Below, piece after piece: positions 29,261 to 41,330 of a DNA stretch of 64,000 nucleotides. The first letter of the stretch is position 1. Every line of letters begins with the position of its first letter. The translations under genes were made by a program, and so were the position numbers. The stretch lies in assembly GCA_951406725.2 (NCBI GenBank), contig OX597825.1, positions 50,220,001 through 50,284,000 of the forward strand. The letters run 5' to 3'. The notes below the pieces were generated by a model that was not told the origin of the DNA, did not search any database, and saw only the letters and a list, made by a program, of their open reading frames with translations. The DNA is from Octopus vulgaris. Lineage: Eukaryota.

Positions 29261-29347
29261 AGTAAAGTTGCATTAAAAAGGTTCAGATAAACTTGCTTGG
29301 AAATGGATTCGTGTCGTTCAACTAAATAATAATATAAATAATATATA

Positions 29348-30100
29348 TCTATTATATAAAATCCGTTCTGGCTGTGTGTGTATGTGTGTGTGTGTGTCTT
29401 CTAGGATCTCGGGCATCCGCCATCCGATTCCGCTCAAATTTGATATGTAGATACCGACGTTATCAGGGCGTGTATAAGTCTTGAAAAAATTACAAAAATC
29501 GATACTAGGTGAGAAAGTGATCGATAAAGCCGTGGGAACGTGCATTTCTATGCGCATGTACATCAGCTGTTGCGATCGATACTACGCGTACGCGAGACAA
29601 ATGCGCGTGCAGTTTCCTACATGTTTTATCGGATAAACTTATTATTGTCCCAGGTACGTTCTCATAAATTCATCATGCTTTTCCATCTAGATTTACCTCC
29701 AGCTAACCCACTAGCATGCATCATTTTTGTCCTGCTTTTCTTTCGTCAACCTACACATAACTGCACTTTCCATTTTTTGTTGTTTTTGTACTGCTTAAGG
29801 GCACGTTTCTTTCCTGGCAACCTTACTGTTTAAACCATGTTTGTGTATCCCAGTCAACAGCCTTATCATCACTGGTACTTTAAACTCTTCGGTTGCATAT
29901 TTGTGTGAATAAAATCGTTTTTCCTTGGAATAGAAGAAGGTCTATCTTTATTTCTTCTTTTGGTGGTGTCTCAAATTTAGGTTAAATCAGTGTTTCTCAA
30001 AGGGGAGGCCTATGGACAGTCGGACAAGTTGCTTTGAGAAAATGTGGTTTAAATGTTTGACAACTCAACACCGTCCGTTGGACGAGAAGCGTTTTGCTTG
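29348..30100 (+). mobile_element. Non-autonomous Helitron
   Basis: 5' TCTATTATATAAA, 3' hairpin CGTCC-GTT-GGACG (30072-30084), CTTG end, inserted between A and T. Confidence 0.75.
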
Positions 30101-31269
30101 TATATATATATGATGGCCTTTTTGCCCTCCACAAAATAAACCCCAGGACCACGGATGGGTTCCGGAAAAATCTTTACACTTTTTTTAAAAACTTAGGCCT
30201 TAGGATTACCTTAGAACCCAACTTAACCAAAGCTAACTTCCTTGACGTTACCCTCGACTTAAAAACCTCACTTTATTACCCGTACCACAAACCAAATGAA
30301 TCCCTTAGATATATAGACATTAATTCCAACCACCCCAAAAATATATTAGACAACCTAGTAAAAAGTGTCTCAATTAGAATATCTAGCCTGTCCGCTACTG
30401 AAGATATCTTTAATGCCGTAGCCCCCTATTACAACGAGGCCCTGGCCCGCAGTGGCTTTAAAGATAAGATCACCTATACTAGTATAGCCCCACGCCAACC
30501 CAGGAAAAATAGGCGAAGACACATTAGCTGGTACAACCCCCTTCAACCGTGAGGTCGCTACACCTGTAGCTAAAATCTTCTTCACTCTCCTACAGAAACA
30601 CTTCCCCACCCAACATAAGTACTATACTATCCTAAATAAGAACACCATTAGACTCTCCTACTCTACCACGCCCAATCTAGCCAGGAACCTAGCCAACAAC
30701 AACGTGAAAAAACTTAATATATCTACTTTTTCCGAGGCCCATCCAACATCCGATAGCAATTGCAACTGCCCTGATAAAACCACCTGCCCCCTCAACAACA
30801 ACTGCCTACAGAGGGAACTCGTCTATACATGCGAGGTACGATCAGGCCCCGATGATAAAAGAAAATCGTACATCGGAATGACGTCAAACAGCTTTAAGAC
30901 CCGCTGGTACGCCCACACACATTCGTTCCGGCGACCTGATAAATCCAACCAAACTACCTCGCCGCCCACATCTGGTACCTTAAAAGGAACTCCATCCCCT
31001 TCAAGATCAAGTGGAGACTACTACAGAAGGCGCGTTTGTACACAGGAGGCCATACCTGCTGTGACCTTTGCATTTCTGAGAGCCTAGAGATCTTGTTCGC
31101 CAAAGGCCCTCTCCTCAACAAGATCTCAGAACACTCCCCAAATTGCATGCATAAAATTTATGCAAACTACAAGAACTATAGACCCACCCGGCAACCCGAT
31201 TGACGACACCCCCCCAACCCCACCCCCAACCCCACCGTTCCCCCAGCACCCCCGATTACCTTTTCTCCT

Positions 31270-32033
31270 AAGACTATTCACATATTGTATGTGTACACTA
31301 GTATATATGTATTGTATATATGTATAGAAATGTATGGGTGTTAGTAGGAATATACGCATGTATGTGAGTGCGTGTATATGTAGGTGTATGTGTATGTACA
31401 TGTGTATGTGTATATGTGTGGTTATATATATATATATATATATATATAGACTATTCACATATTGTATGTGTACACTTGTATATATGGTTTGTATATATGG
31501 ATAGAAATGTATGGGTGTTAGTAGGAATATACGCATGTATGTGAGTGCGTGTATATGTATGTGTATGTGTATGTACATGTGTATGTGTATGTGTGGGGTT
31601 TATATATGTATATATATATATATGTGTGTGTGTGTATGTGTATGTATGTGTATGTATGTATATATATATATATGTATATATATGTGTATGTATGTGTATG
31701 TATGTATATGTATATATATATATATATGTGTGTGTGTACGCTCGTGTGTTTATGTATATGTAGGTATGTAGAGTTATGTGTATGTGCATGTATGTATGTA
31801 TATATACATATGTGTAAATAGGTATATATGTGTATGTTTATATGTATGTTTCCGTCTGTATAAAGGGTAACTGCATGTATATATATTATTATTTATTATT
31901 TATTATTTATTATTTATTACTTGAGTATGCGTTTGTATGCATGTATGTATTTATGTATATAAGGAGGCGCGTGAGTGTGTGTATGTGTATGCATTTGTAT
32001 AAACATATGTATACATTTATGCATGTATGTACT

Positions 32034-32114
<81 letters not shown>

Positions 32115-33125
32115 GTAGATGTGTGTGTATATGTATATGTGTGTATATGTGTGTACATATGTATATCTATATATATATATGTGTGTGTGTGTACGCTTGT
32201 GTGTTTATGTATATGTAAGTATGTAGAGTTATGTGTGTATGTATGTATATATACATATGTGTAAATAGGTATATATGTGTATGTTTATATGTATGTATCC
32301 GTCTGTATAATGGGTAACTGCACGTATATATATTTATTATTTATTATTTGAGTATGCATGTATGTATATATGTATATGTCTGTATGCATGTATGTATTTA
32401 TGTATATAAGGAGGCGCGTGTGTGTGTGTATGTGTATGCATATGTATAGACATATGTATACATTTATGCATGTATGTACTTATGTGTACATATAGATGCG
32501 CGTGTGTGTGTGTGTATGTGTACGCATATATATATGTGTGTATGTGTATATATATATGTATGTATGTATATGTGTATGTATATGTATATGTATATATATG
32601 TATATATATATGTATGTGTATGTATGTGTATGTATGTGTATACGTATATGTGTATATATTAGTGTATATGTATGGACTAGTCTTCTGTGGGTGTATTGAG
32701 GTATGTATGTGTATGCGTGTAGATATGAATAGGTAGGTACGTGTACGTATGTGTATATACGTGAATGTATGTAGATGTATGTATGTATGAATATAACACT
32801 GCGTGTGTGTATGTGTATGAGTGTACGTGTGAGTGTGTGTGCGTGAGTGAGTGTTTGTGTTCGTATCAGTGAGTAGAAAGATAAATGGACTCTTTAGACC
32901 ATCCCTTGGGACGACAACCGGGATGGCTGACCGAGGTCAAGATAAAAATAAAGAGATAAACAAAAGTAATGATAAAATTAAAATAAGGGAATAAAAATGT
33001 GTGTGTATGTGTGTGCATGTATATGCATGTGTATGTGTGCGTATGTATATATATATGTGCGAGTGTGTATACATATATGTATGTGTATGTATGTGTGTAT
33101 ATATATATATATGTATATACATGTG

Positions 33126-33158
<33 letters not shown>

Positions 33159-33680
33159 ATGGGTTTGTATGTGTATGTATGTATATATATATATATGTGT
33201 ATATGGGTGTGTGTGGATATATATATATATATACATATATATGGATATGTGAGCGTGTGTGTATGGGGGTGTATATCCCCTCTTATTTATATTTATATAT
33301 ATATATATGTGTGTAGACATATATAAGTGAGTGTATGTATGAGTATGGGTATGGGCGTGTACGTAGATACATGTATATGGGTACATATGTACATGTGTAT
33401 ATAGGTGTATGTGTGTATGTGTACGTATGTGTATGTGTATATATGTATATGTCTATGTATGCATATATGTGTGTATATGTATGTATGTATGTATGTGTAC
33501 ACATATGTGTATATGTGTGTGTATATGGACATGTGTGTGCATATATGTATGTATGTGTGTGTATATATGTATATGTATATATATATATATGTATATGTGT
33601 ATATGTATATATATATATATATATGTATATGAATATGTGGGTGTATATATGTATATATATATATATATATGTATAAGTGA
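31270..33680. repeat. ~2.4-kb compound TG/TA/TATG microsatellite with internal block duplications
   Basis: 31271-31440 resembles 31449-31620, and 31720-31990 resembles 32170-32430. Confidence 0.9.
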
Positions 33681-33883
33681 GAGTCTCCTTATTTACCTAA
33701 AACTCTATTTTTCTATTTATTCTTTTATTCTTTTATTTATTCTTTTATCTACTTTACCACCGACTCCTTTGACCACTCCCCTAATAATGATAGTTTGTGC
33801 CATGCCTACCCCTAAAAGGTCCCCCACCACCACCCCTTTAAACCTGCCTAAATGTATAAATGCCAAAACAACTCTTGTCAACT

Positions 33884-33934
33884 AGCTTCCTGATGATTTC
33901 TTTTGAATGAAACAGTTCTAGTCCTGTAGAAGCT
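33884..33934 (+). ncRNA. Type I hammerhead ribozyme
   Basis: Stem I AGCTTC/GAAGCT, CTGATGA (33890-33896), stem II TTC-TTTT-GAA, GAAA (33909), stem III CAG/CTG, cleavage triplet GUA (33926-33928). Confidence 0.85.
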
Positions 33935-33944
33935 CCTTCTATAT

Positions 33945-34014
<70 letters not shown>

Positions 34015-34339
34015 GTACAGGACGTCACCAAACAACATATTTTCTTCCCCCATCCTCCTCTAATTCCCTTTTTCTCTCCTTCACCGTTTTCTATGTATCT
34101 CTTTCTCTCCATCTCACCCTCTTTCTCTTCCTGCACGATGTTCTAAGGGCTGGATGTTTTTGTTTTTTTCTCTCTCGTCTATCTTTTCTCTTTTCAAAGA
34201 AAATTGTTCTCCCAGCGTTCACTAATTTCTTTTCGTTCTAGTCTAAATACCTTCAATGTTTGTTTTCGTCGGTTTCCTTGTATGTCTCCACTGTTCTGCT
34301 TTTGTGACCAGCTTTGACAAAGTCACGCAGCAGCAACGA

Positions 34340-35960
34340 CACAAGGAATAAATACTAAGACCCTGGAATTGCAAGAAATAGAAATGGACACAAGAAAGAG
34401 GAAGGAAGGAAGAAAATTTGTAAAAAAAAAGGAAGGAAATAGTCTAAAGCTGACTACCCAGAAGAACTAATGAAAAGCATAGAAAAGGGGACGGTATTAT
34501 ACAGAACGTTATCTACGTCCTCGAACAAGATAGAGGTAGCCCCAACAGAAGAAATGGGGGAATGCCTAGAAAATGTGAAAAAATTGATCCCGTTCTATAC
34601 ACGTGGAAAGAAGTATGGGCAGTGGAAGTAAGGTTTGACAACGAAGAAGATGCCATAAACCACGCCACGGAGCCGTTACAGACAACGAATTGGATACTAC
34701 TTCCGACGTACTGTGGCAAACGCACAGCCAGAGTGAGAGTTAGAAGAGTACCCCCCGAAATTGAGGAAGAATGGCTGGTAGCAGCCATTATGCACGATAT
34801 GAAGGATGGAGTAGAGATCCTCAAGATGAAGACGAACAAAAAGTCCAATTGGTGGGGATATAGCCTCGAAGTGACCATGCATGTATCATTGGAAGACTTG
34901 CCTAATATAACGGAGGAAATAATACTCACGGAAGACAGCAGACTTCGAATAACAGTAGAAGGAAGACCACCAACATGCTTCCTATGTGGCAAAAAGGGGC
35001 ACATGAAAGCAAGATGTCCCGAGAAGGAAAAAGAAGAGGAAAAGGAAAGTGAAGAAAAAAATACCGAAGTGGTAGTACCAACGAAAGAGACAGACAGAGT
35101 GGAGGAACCCTTCACAGTAGTAAACACGAGGAAGAGAAAGGAACGGGTGGATTATCCCCCAGACAGTCAAAAAAGGTTGAAGGAGATTGTGATGGAAGAA
35201 AAGAGAAATAAGTGTGAAGCACCAACAGAAGCAGTGGTGAAAGAAGGGTTACAGGAAAAAACTGTTTTACACCAGGGAGAAAAAGGAAGCGTTCATAAAA
35301 TTGGTTGTGATGTTTCTGCACGCCCGAACAGATCAGGACGGGAGCCGAAGCAAGCAGAAGTGAAAAGAAAGAGATACAAGTGGCATTTAGCCACTTATTA
35401 CAAAAGTAAAGAAGTAGAGAAAACGATTGATAAATTTAAATCGGTAATAAGAGTAAAGCTGCCGCCAGGAAAATACCCGGAACACACTAAACCCGGAATA
35501 GTCATAGATAAAGAGAGATATTTGAAATTAAGAGAGATGTACGAACTTTTCATAGACCCACTGGTGGTTGAAGTCGAGTTTGACGAGCTCCCGCCGGTCA
35601 TGGAATTAGAAGCTTTGAAACCCTTTATGAACATTTAAAAATAAGTAAGTAAAATTTATACTTCATAAAAAAAAATAGACTGTTAAAATGTATAAAGAAA
35701 AAAGAAAAGAAACGATACAAAAAAACAAAAGACAAAGAAAAAGAACAAATTAAAAAAAGGAAAAAAAGAAAAAAGACTGTAAGAACGTTTTATTATAAAA
35801 AAGTAATCGCAGTTTCGTCTCGGAGCGGGACCGAGAAAACCGTCTCGTATTCATTATAATTTAATTCATTGTAATTCATTTTTTCATATGTTTTTTGTTC
35901 CCGCATGTTTGTGTGTGTCCTTTCTGAATTCAGGCCTTGTTCCTATAATAAAGAGATAAA
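34340..35960 (+). mobile_element. Gag/ORF1-like zinc-knuckle element (L1/Tx1-like ORF1) lacking ORF2; frameshifted near 34430 and 34618
   Basis: ORF 34562-35638 has RVRVRRVPPEI..ITVEGRPPT-CFLCGKKGHMKARC (CX2CX4HX4C). An upstream frame ..LMKSIEKGTVLYR..FYTRGKKYG joins by frameshift. An A-rich tract and AATAAA (35947) follow with no EN or RT. Confidence 0.8.
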
Positions 35961-35970
35961 TTCGTGATTG

Positions 35971-36017
35971 TCACACGCTGATGACGGGTCAATACCTAGA
36001 AACTCGAGTTCGTGTGA
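35971..36017 (+). ncRNA. Minimal type I hammerhead ribozyme
   Basis: Stem I TCACACG/CGTGTGA, CTGATGA (35978-35984), stem II GGGT-CAAT-ACCT, GAAA, palindromic stem III C-TCGA-G, cleavage triplet GUU. Confidence 0.88.
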
Positions 36018-36614
36018 AGACGGGAAGGACGGTTTCCCTTTGCAAATATTAATAGGGCACAGAAAGTGTGTCAATAGCCAGCTGGAGGTGTCCTCCTGGG
36101 GCTACAAGCTTCAGTATCATCCACCCTTAGGGGTTAGCCACATTTAATATATATATAATTTATATATAAATTCACTTTGGGTAGCTCTCTAAATATAAAC
36201 TGCATTAGAGACCCTTTGCCTCATCCCCACAAATAGCACCCAGAGCTCTTTACCACACAAATAGTAGATTTCAATACTAAATGATGGCATATATTAACTT
36301 CCACTTAAAACTAGTTTAACAGTTTTACACACCTAGGTCCCTTATAGGTAGTCCAGGATTAATATCCCTACACCTCCCACACATAATAACTGAATTACAT
36401 AATATATTAATCTATCTCTCCTTAATATAACCTTCTCACCCCTTTAATAATACCAGTTCTTTTAATTATGAACCTAATTTAGAATACAGAGAGCATAAGT
36501 ATCCAATCCCCCACAATTACCACCACTTCCCCCAAGTGAGCCTGTACCTCAGAAATGGACTTATTTGCAACTAACTTTACTTCCTATACCATGTGTTAGC
36601 TTACGCTGTTCCTC

Positions 36615-36796
36615 TTTTACTTGTTTCAGTCATTTCACTGTGGAACACCACCTTTAGTCGAGAAAATCGACTTTGTAAGCCTAGTACTTATTCTATCGGT
36701 CTTTTTTGCTGAACCGCTAAGTTACTGGAACATAAATACACCAGCATCAGTTGTCAAGCGATGTTGGGGGGGGGGGACACAGACATACAAACGTAT

Positions 36797-36845
<49 letters not shown>

Positions 36846-36890
36846 TACAACGGGCTTCTTTCAGTTTTCGCCTACCAAACCCACTCACAT
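36615..36890 (-). mobile_element. SINE family A, 5'-truncated
   Basis: Reverse complement of the family A body. Confidence 0.8.
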
Positions 36891-36914
36891 ATGTATGCAC
36901 ACAAGCAAGGGTTG

Positions 36915-37346
36915 GGATCTTTTCGGTTTGAACGGCAGTTTTTAACATAATTTCTGGGTAACTAAAAAATTTTAAACTTCGTATACTGGTAGAATGTGTT
37001 TATAAAACATCTTTTTCTCTTAACTTTATTGAGAAAATTCTATTGTTTGTAAGCTATTTGTTGTTTTTTCTTTAATTTCTGCAATTTCAACCAGTCGATG
37101 ACGTCCATTGAGGTAAAAAAAACATTCTGTGCCGTATGAATATGTCCCGCATTTAAGAAACAGATTGGGTTTACTTACATTTGTGAAGAAAAAAGATACC
37201 CTTCCCCACCACCCTCACCCTAGCCCTAACTAACCCTAACCCTAAAACAGATTGGAATGCAATAGATCGATACAAGGGTCATAATTATGGGTGACAATTT
37301 CATATGACACCGCTAGAAAAAACTGCCGTTCAAACCGAAAAGATCC
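36915..37346. mobile_element. MITE with ~29-bp perfect TIRs, 9-bp TSD (CAAGGGTTG) and internal telomere-like repeats
   Basis: TIR GGATCTTTTCGGTTTGAACGGCAGTTTTT. TSD at 36906-36914 and 37347-37355. CCCTAA-like units at ~37212-37245. Confidence 0.9.
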
Positions 37347-37402
37347 CAAGGGTTGATATATCGGCAAGGTTAGTAATATTAACAATATAATTAATAATAT
37401 AA

Positions 37403-37446
<44 letters not shown>

Positions 37447-37702
37447 GTAGTAGTAGTAGTAGTAGTAGTAGTATATTAAGTATGATTGAGCAAACTGCAG
37501 TGGGACACTGTATCTGTGACAATAATAGTAATTAGCCAGTGATTTAATTGTACTCATTTAATTAATTTTGAGATTTGTGCTTATACCTTTTCATAGGACC
37601 ACTAGGCTGAATGTGTTTAGGAATGTTTATACAATTACTATTTCTCTAGTAAGAGCTCCGCTTGGGTACTGAGGTTGTTATTTCAGAAGATTGTATTATA
37701 AT

Positions 37703-37922
37703 AGCAGAAACGTTAGCACGTCGGGCGAAATGCTTAGCTGTATTTCGTCTGCCGTTACGTTGTGAGTTCAAATTCTGCCGAGGTCGACTTTGCCTTTCAT
37801 CCTTTCAGGGTCGATAAATTAAGTACCAGTTACGCACTGGAGTCGATGTAATCGACTTAATACCTACGTCTGTCCTTGTTTGTCCCCTCTATGTTTAGCT
37901 CCTTGTGGGTAATAAAGAAATA
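37703..37922 (+). mobile_element. SINE family B (Nin-domain-like) with 11-bp TSD TGTATTATAAT
   Basis: TSD at 37692-37702 and 37923-37933; B-box GAGTTCAAATTC; Nin-like core. Confidence 0.88.
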
Positions 37923-38784
37923 TGTATTATAATTCTCTAATTGAAGGTCAATGCCCTATCCATTACCTCCATTTAACGGTGGTCTCTCATTAACCGCCGT
38001 AGTTCCACTTTTACTCCCCACCCCCTCGTCCCTCCCCTGCTAATTAACTTCCTTTCTGTATCTGCTAATCTCTCACTCCTATTTTATAAATCTTTTGTCC
38101 AATCTTTCCTCCAACCAACCCCCTTAATCCATAACGGTTCAAATAGGGATCCCTCTAGGTTTTAACGACACTGCGGGAGATATACTTTCCTTCGTATGGT
38201 GCTTGTTTACATATCTAGTTGTTTTATTTATAATGTCCAAAGCGGCCTTGGGCCACATATAACATATGTTACTTCTCCATACTTTTACTTTTTATTAACT
38301 TTTTTATTTACATCTACCCGTATAACGGTCTAAATAGCTTGCCCTTTGTTTTCAAGTTTAACTGACCAAATATACTGAAAGCTGGACTTTGGACAATGGT
38401 TGGTTGGTTGGTCTTAACAATTTATCAGTAAGTAAATAAACGTAATTAATTGATGGGCATTTTGATTGGATATACATTAATTAGTACTATTAACATAATC
38501 TTAAGAAGTATTATGATTACTTTTAAACGTTATGGCACTATCACTCCCTCTTTTTCTAGATCTATTGGCATATCCCGTTATGGTACATATTTTACTTTTT
38601 TTTTATTATTTATACACCCTGTTACCCCTAAAGAAAGCTTAGCCAACCAATTAATATTTCTAGTTTAGTCAACATCCTAAACTGTTACAAGGCAAAATGG
38701 TAGGATTTAAATATATTAAGTCTTAATTTTCCTTTTCTCGAGGCTCTTCTTCTTTTCTGTCCTTTTATTTTATGTATTTTTCTT

Positions 38785-38905
38785 CAATCTGATGAAGTTC
38801 CATGTTCCAGATCGGATGTGTTACAAAATGTGACGAATATTATCCTTAGAATTTTCATTGGCAACACTGTACGACACTGGAAGCAGAAACGGTTGTTAGA
38901 TGGGA
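38785..38905 (+). ncRNA. Decayed hammerhead-like motif with a long stem II
   Basis: CTGATGA-agTTCCA..TGGAAgca-GAAAC-GGTT-GTT; stem I pairs poorly. Confidence 0.4.
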
Positions 38906-39157
38906 TAAAGTTTTGTATTAAAAAATAATAATCGATATTTGTCAATTGTTGAACATGATTTCTCTATTTTCTGCTTTACTTAAATTTAATTCCTGATAAA
39001 CTTTTCTTTATCTTCGTTATTCCCTGTATCCTATCAGCATAATATGGTTGCATATGTATGCCCACGATTAGCATAGGTAATTAATACCGGTAGAAAAACA
39101 GATATTCTTATCCCTTAGACGGTTATTCCAAAGGCTAACTCTACTAAATATTATATT

Positions 39158-39191
<34 letters not shown>

Positions 39192-39193
<2 letters not shown>

Positions 39194-39585
39194 TGGCTGT
39201 GTCGTAAGTAGCTTGCTTACCAACAATATGGTTCTGGATTCAGTCCCACTGCGTGGCATCTTGGGCCAGTGTCTTCTACTATAGCCTCGGGCCGACCAAA
39301 GCCTTGTAAGTGGATTTGGTAGATGGAAACTGAAAGAAGCCCGTCGTATATATGTATATATGTGTGTGTGTGTATTTGTGTGTCTGTGTTTGTTCCCCCA
39401 ACATCGCTTGACAACCGATGCTGGTGGATTTACGTCCCCATAACTTAGTGGTTCGGCAAAAGAGACAGATAGAATAAGTACTAGGCTTACAAAGAATAAG
39501 TCCTAGGGTCGACTTCCTCGACTAAAAGCGGTGCTCCAGTATGGCCACTGTCAAATGACTGAAACAAGTAAAAGAGTAAAGAGTA
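39192..39585 (+). mobile_element. SINE family A, full length
   Basis: Head, body and GTAAAAGA tail intact. Confidence 0.9.
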
Positions 39586-40328
39586 TATATATATATGTTT
39601 ATATATAGTTATATAACTCGAGTATTGTTCATCCGATCGCGCTGAAATTTTAAACATGAGAGAGCTGGGCGCTCTGTAATCTAAAAAGAGTTTCAAACTT
39701 GTTCGTTTCAAAGTGAGAAGTATTTGTAATCTTTATGTCGTTTGTTCCGCCATTAAAACAAGCAGTTGCGCAAGCAGCCGGCTCATGCCATTTCGCTAGC
39801 AATAAGGCGAGTACAGGATGACAGTCAGACAAAACTGTCGCTATGCTGTCTCTCTTCTCTCCTCTCTCTGTGGGGTTAATAATCTTAATCTTTAGTTACA
39901 GTTTCTCATTCAAACTACATAATAGGCAGAATTGTCGGATTAAGACAGTAGGGTGTTTTGAAGGAGATTTGGCTGCTATTTCTACCAAGTCTAGCTACCA
40001 GGTACAGGTCTGCCTCATCTTTGATATTATATATTCCTTATGCTTTCCAAAACCGCGTTACAAATTTTGACGTATGGGGTGTCAAAAAAGATTCAGTACT
40101 ATTTTAGCTACAAATTAAACTTAATTTTCATTTCAAAAGTTTAACATAATCTTTTCCATAAATCAGCTATTGTAAAAATTTTATACTATTACGTCACATT
40201 TTCTATATGTGTGTGAACCTTAAAAGACATCAATCATCACGACACACACCTTCACTCACTCACTCACTCTATCTCTTTCACACCCTCTTTCTCTCTCACA
40301 TACACACGCGCCAGCACGCACGCACAGA

Positions 40329-40362
<34 letters not shown>

Positions 40363-40544
40363 TCCATTTCATATAGACGTACATACATCTTTCACTTTCT
40401 TTCTCTGTTCTTTTCGCTTATCTTCTTTCAATTTCTGCTCTCTTGAAATAAAATTTTTACGGATACAACTACTTATAAAATTAGGGATTAATGTATAATT
40501 TTTTTCTATGATCATAATTTTTTGTTTACAATATTGGGAAAAAT

Positions 40545-41330
40545 ATGCCACTAAACAAAGGACGTAATCTCTCCAGAAACAAGTATAAAGCGGGTCGGGG
40601 TGAATTTGGAGGCAAGAAGAATAGCTAACAATCTTAAGATTAGCGATAGGATAAAATATATTTTCCCCCGACCCGCTTTTATTACCCTAAAATACCATAA
40701 AGCCAATTTTAATAGAAAACCTAAATGTAGATTGCTTAATCCGGCTAAATCTGAAATAGGCATTATTAGCAAATATATCTTGGACCGTATTTTAACTAAG
40801 TTATATACTGAATTATATTTGAGAATTTGGAAGAATAGTAAGTCAGTTATAGATTGGTTTAGAGGGATTAGCTACAAGCATAACTGCAATTTTACGCAGT
40901 TTGATATTATTGATTTTTACCCGTCAATATCTAGGCATAAGTTTTATAGAATATTTAATAGAAAACGCTTTAGATCAGCTATTCTTGTTGCAGAAACTTC
41001 GCCTCTTTCATTAACCAACACAACAGTAGGATAATTGCTAATAACCATAGTGCCGATTCTCTTCTTAAAACTGTAATTTCAAAGATGGGTTCTCCTGTCC
41101 GTTGGAAGGAAAATGTCCGGAGAAAGGAATGGTGTATAGAGCCAATGTGCAGATAGAAGGCTCACGCAAATATAGAACTTATACAGGGGCTTCTGAAATT
41201 ACTTTCAAAACCCGATTCTATTCACATAAAAATTCCTTCAGATACCCCCGAAAACAGAACGAAGACCAACCTGGCGAAATATGTCTGGGAATTAAAAGAA
41301 AAAGAAGTCCGACATTTCAACGTGACAGAG
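40545..41330 (+). mobile_element. Internally deleted Naiad-type Penelope-like element
   Basis: AFITLK.HK.NF..KPKCRLLNPAKSEIG.ISK.ILD..WKNS.SVIDWF..QFDI.DFYPSIS is joined directly to HKFYRIFNR. Then CNFKDGFSCPLEGKC, MVY..YTGASE.TFKTRF..H..SF. Confidence 0.88.

Larger units (their letters stand above)
30110..33945 (+). mobile_element. 5'-truncated Naiad-type Penelope-like element (RT end, CxCx5Cx5C finger, GIY-YIG 30110-31180), then a microsatellite-swollen 3' region and terminal hammerhead
   Basis: ANFLDVTLDL..PYHKPN..YI..SNHP, WYNPPF, CNCPDKTTCPLNNNC, LVY..SYIGMT..FKTRW..H..SF, CDLC..E; several frameshifts. The C-rich strand skew resumes at 33690-33890. Confidence 0.85.
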
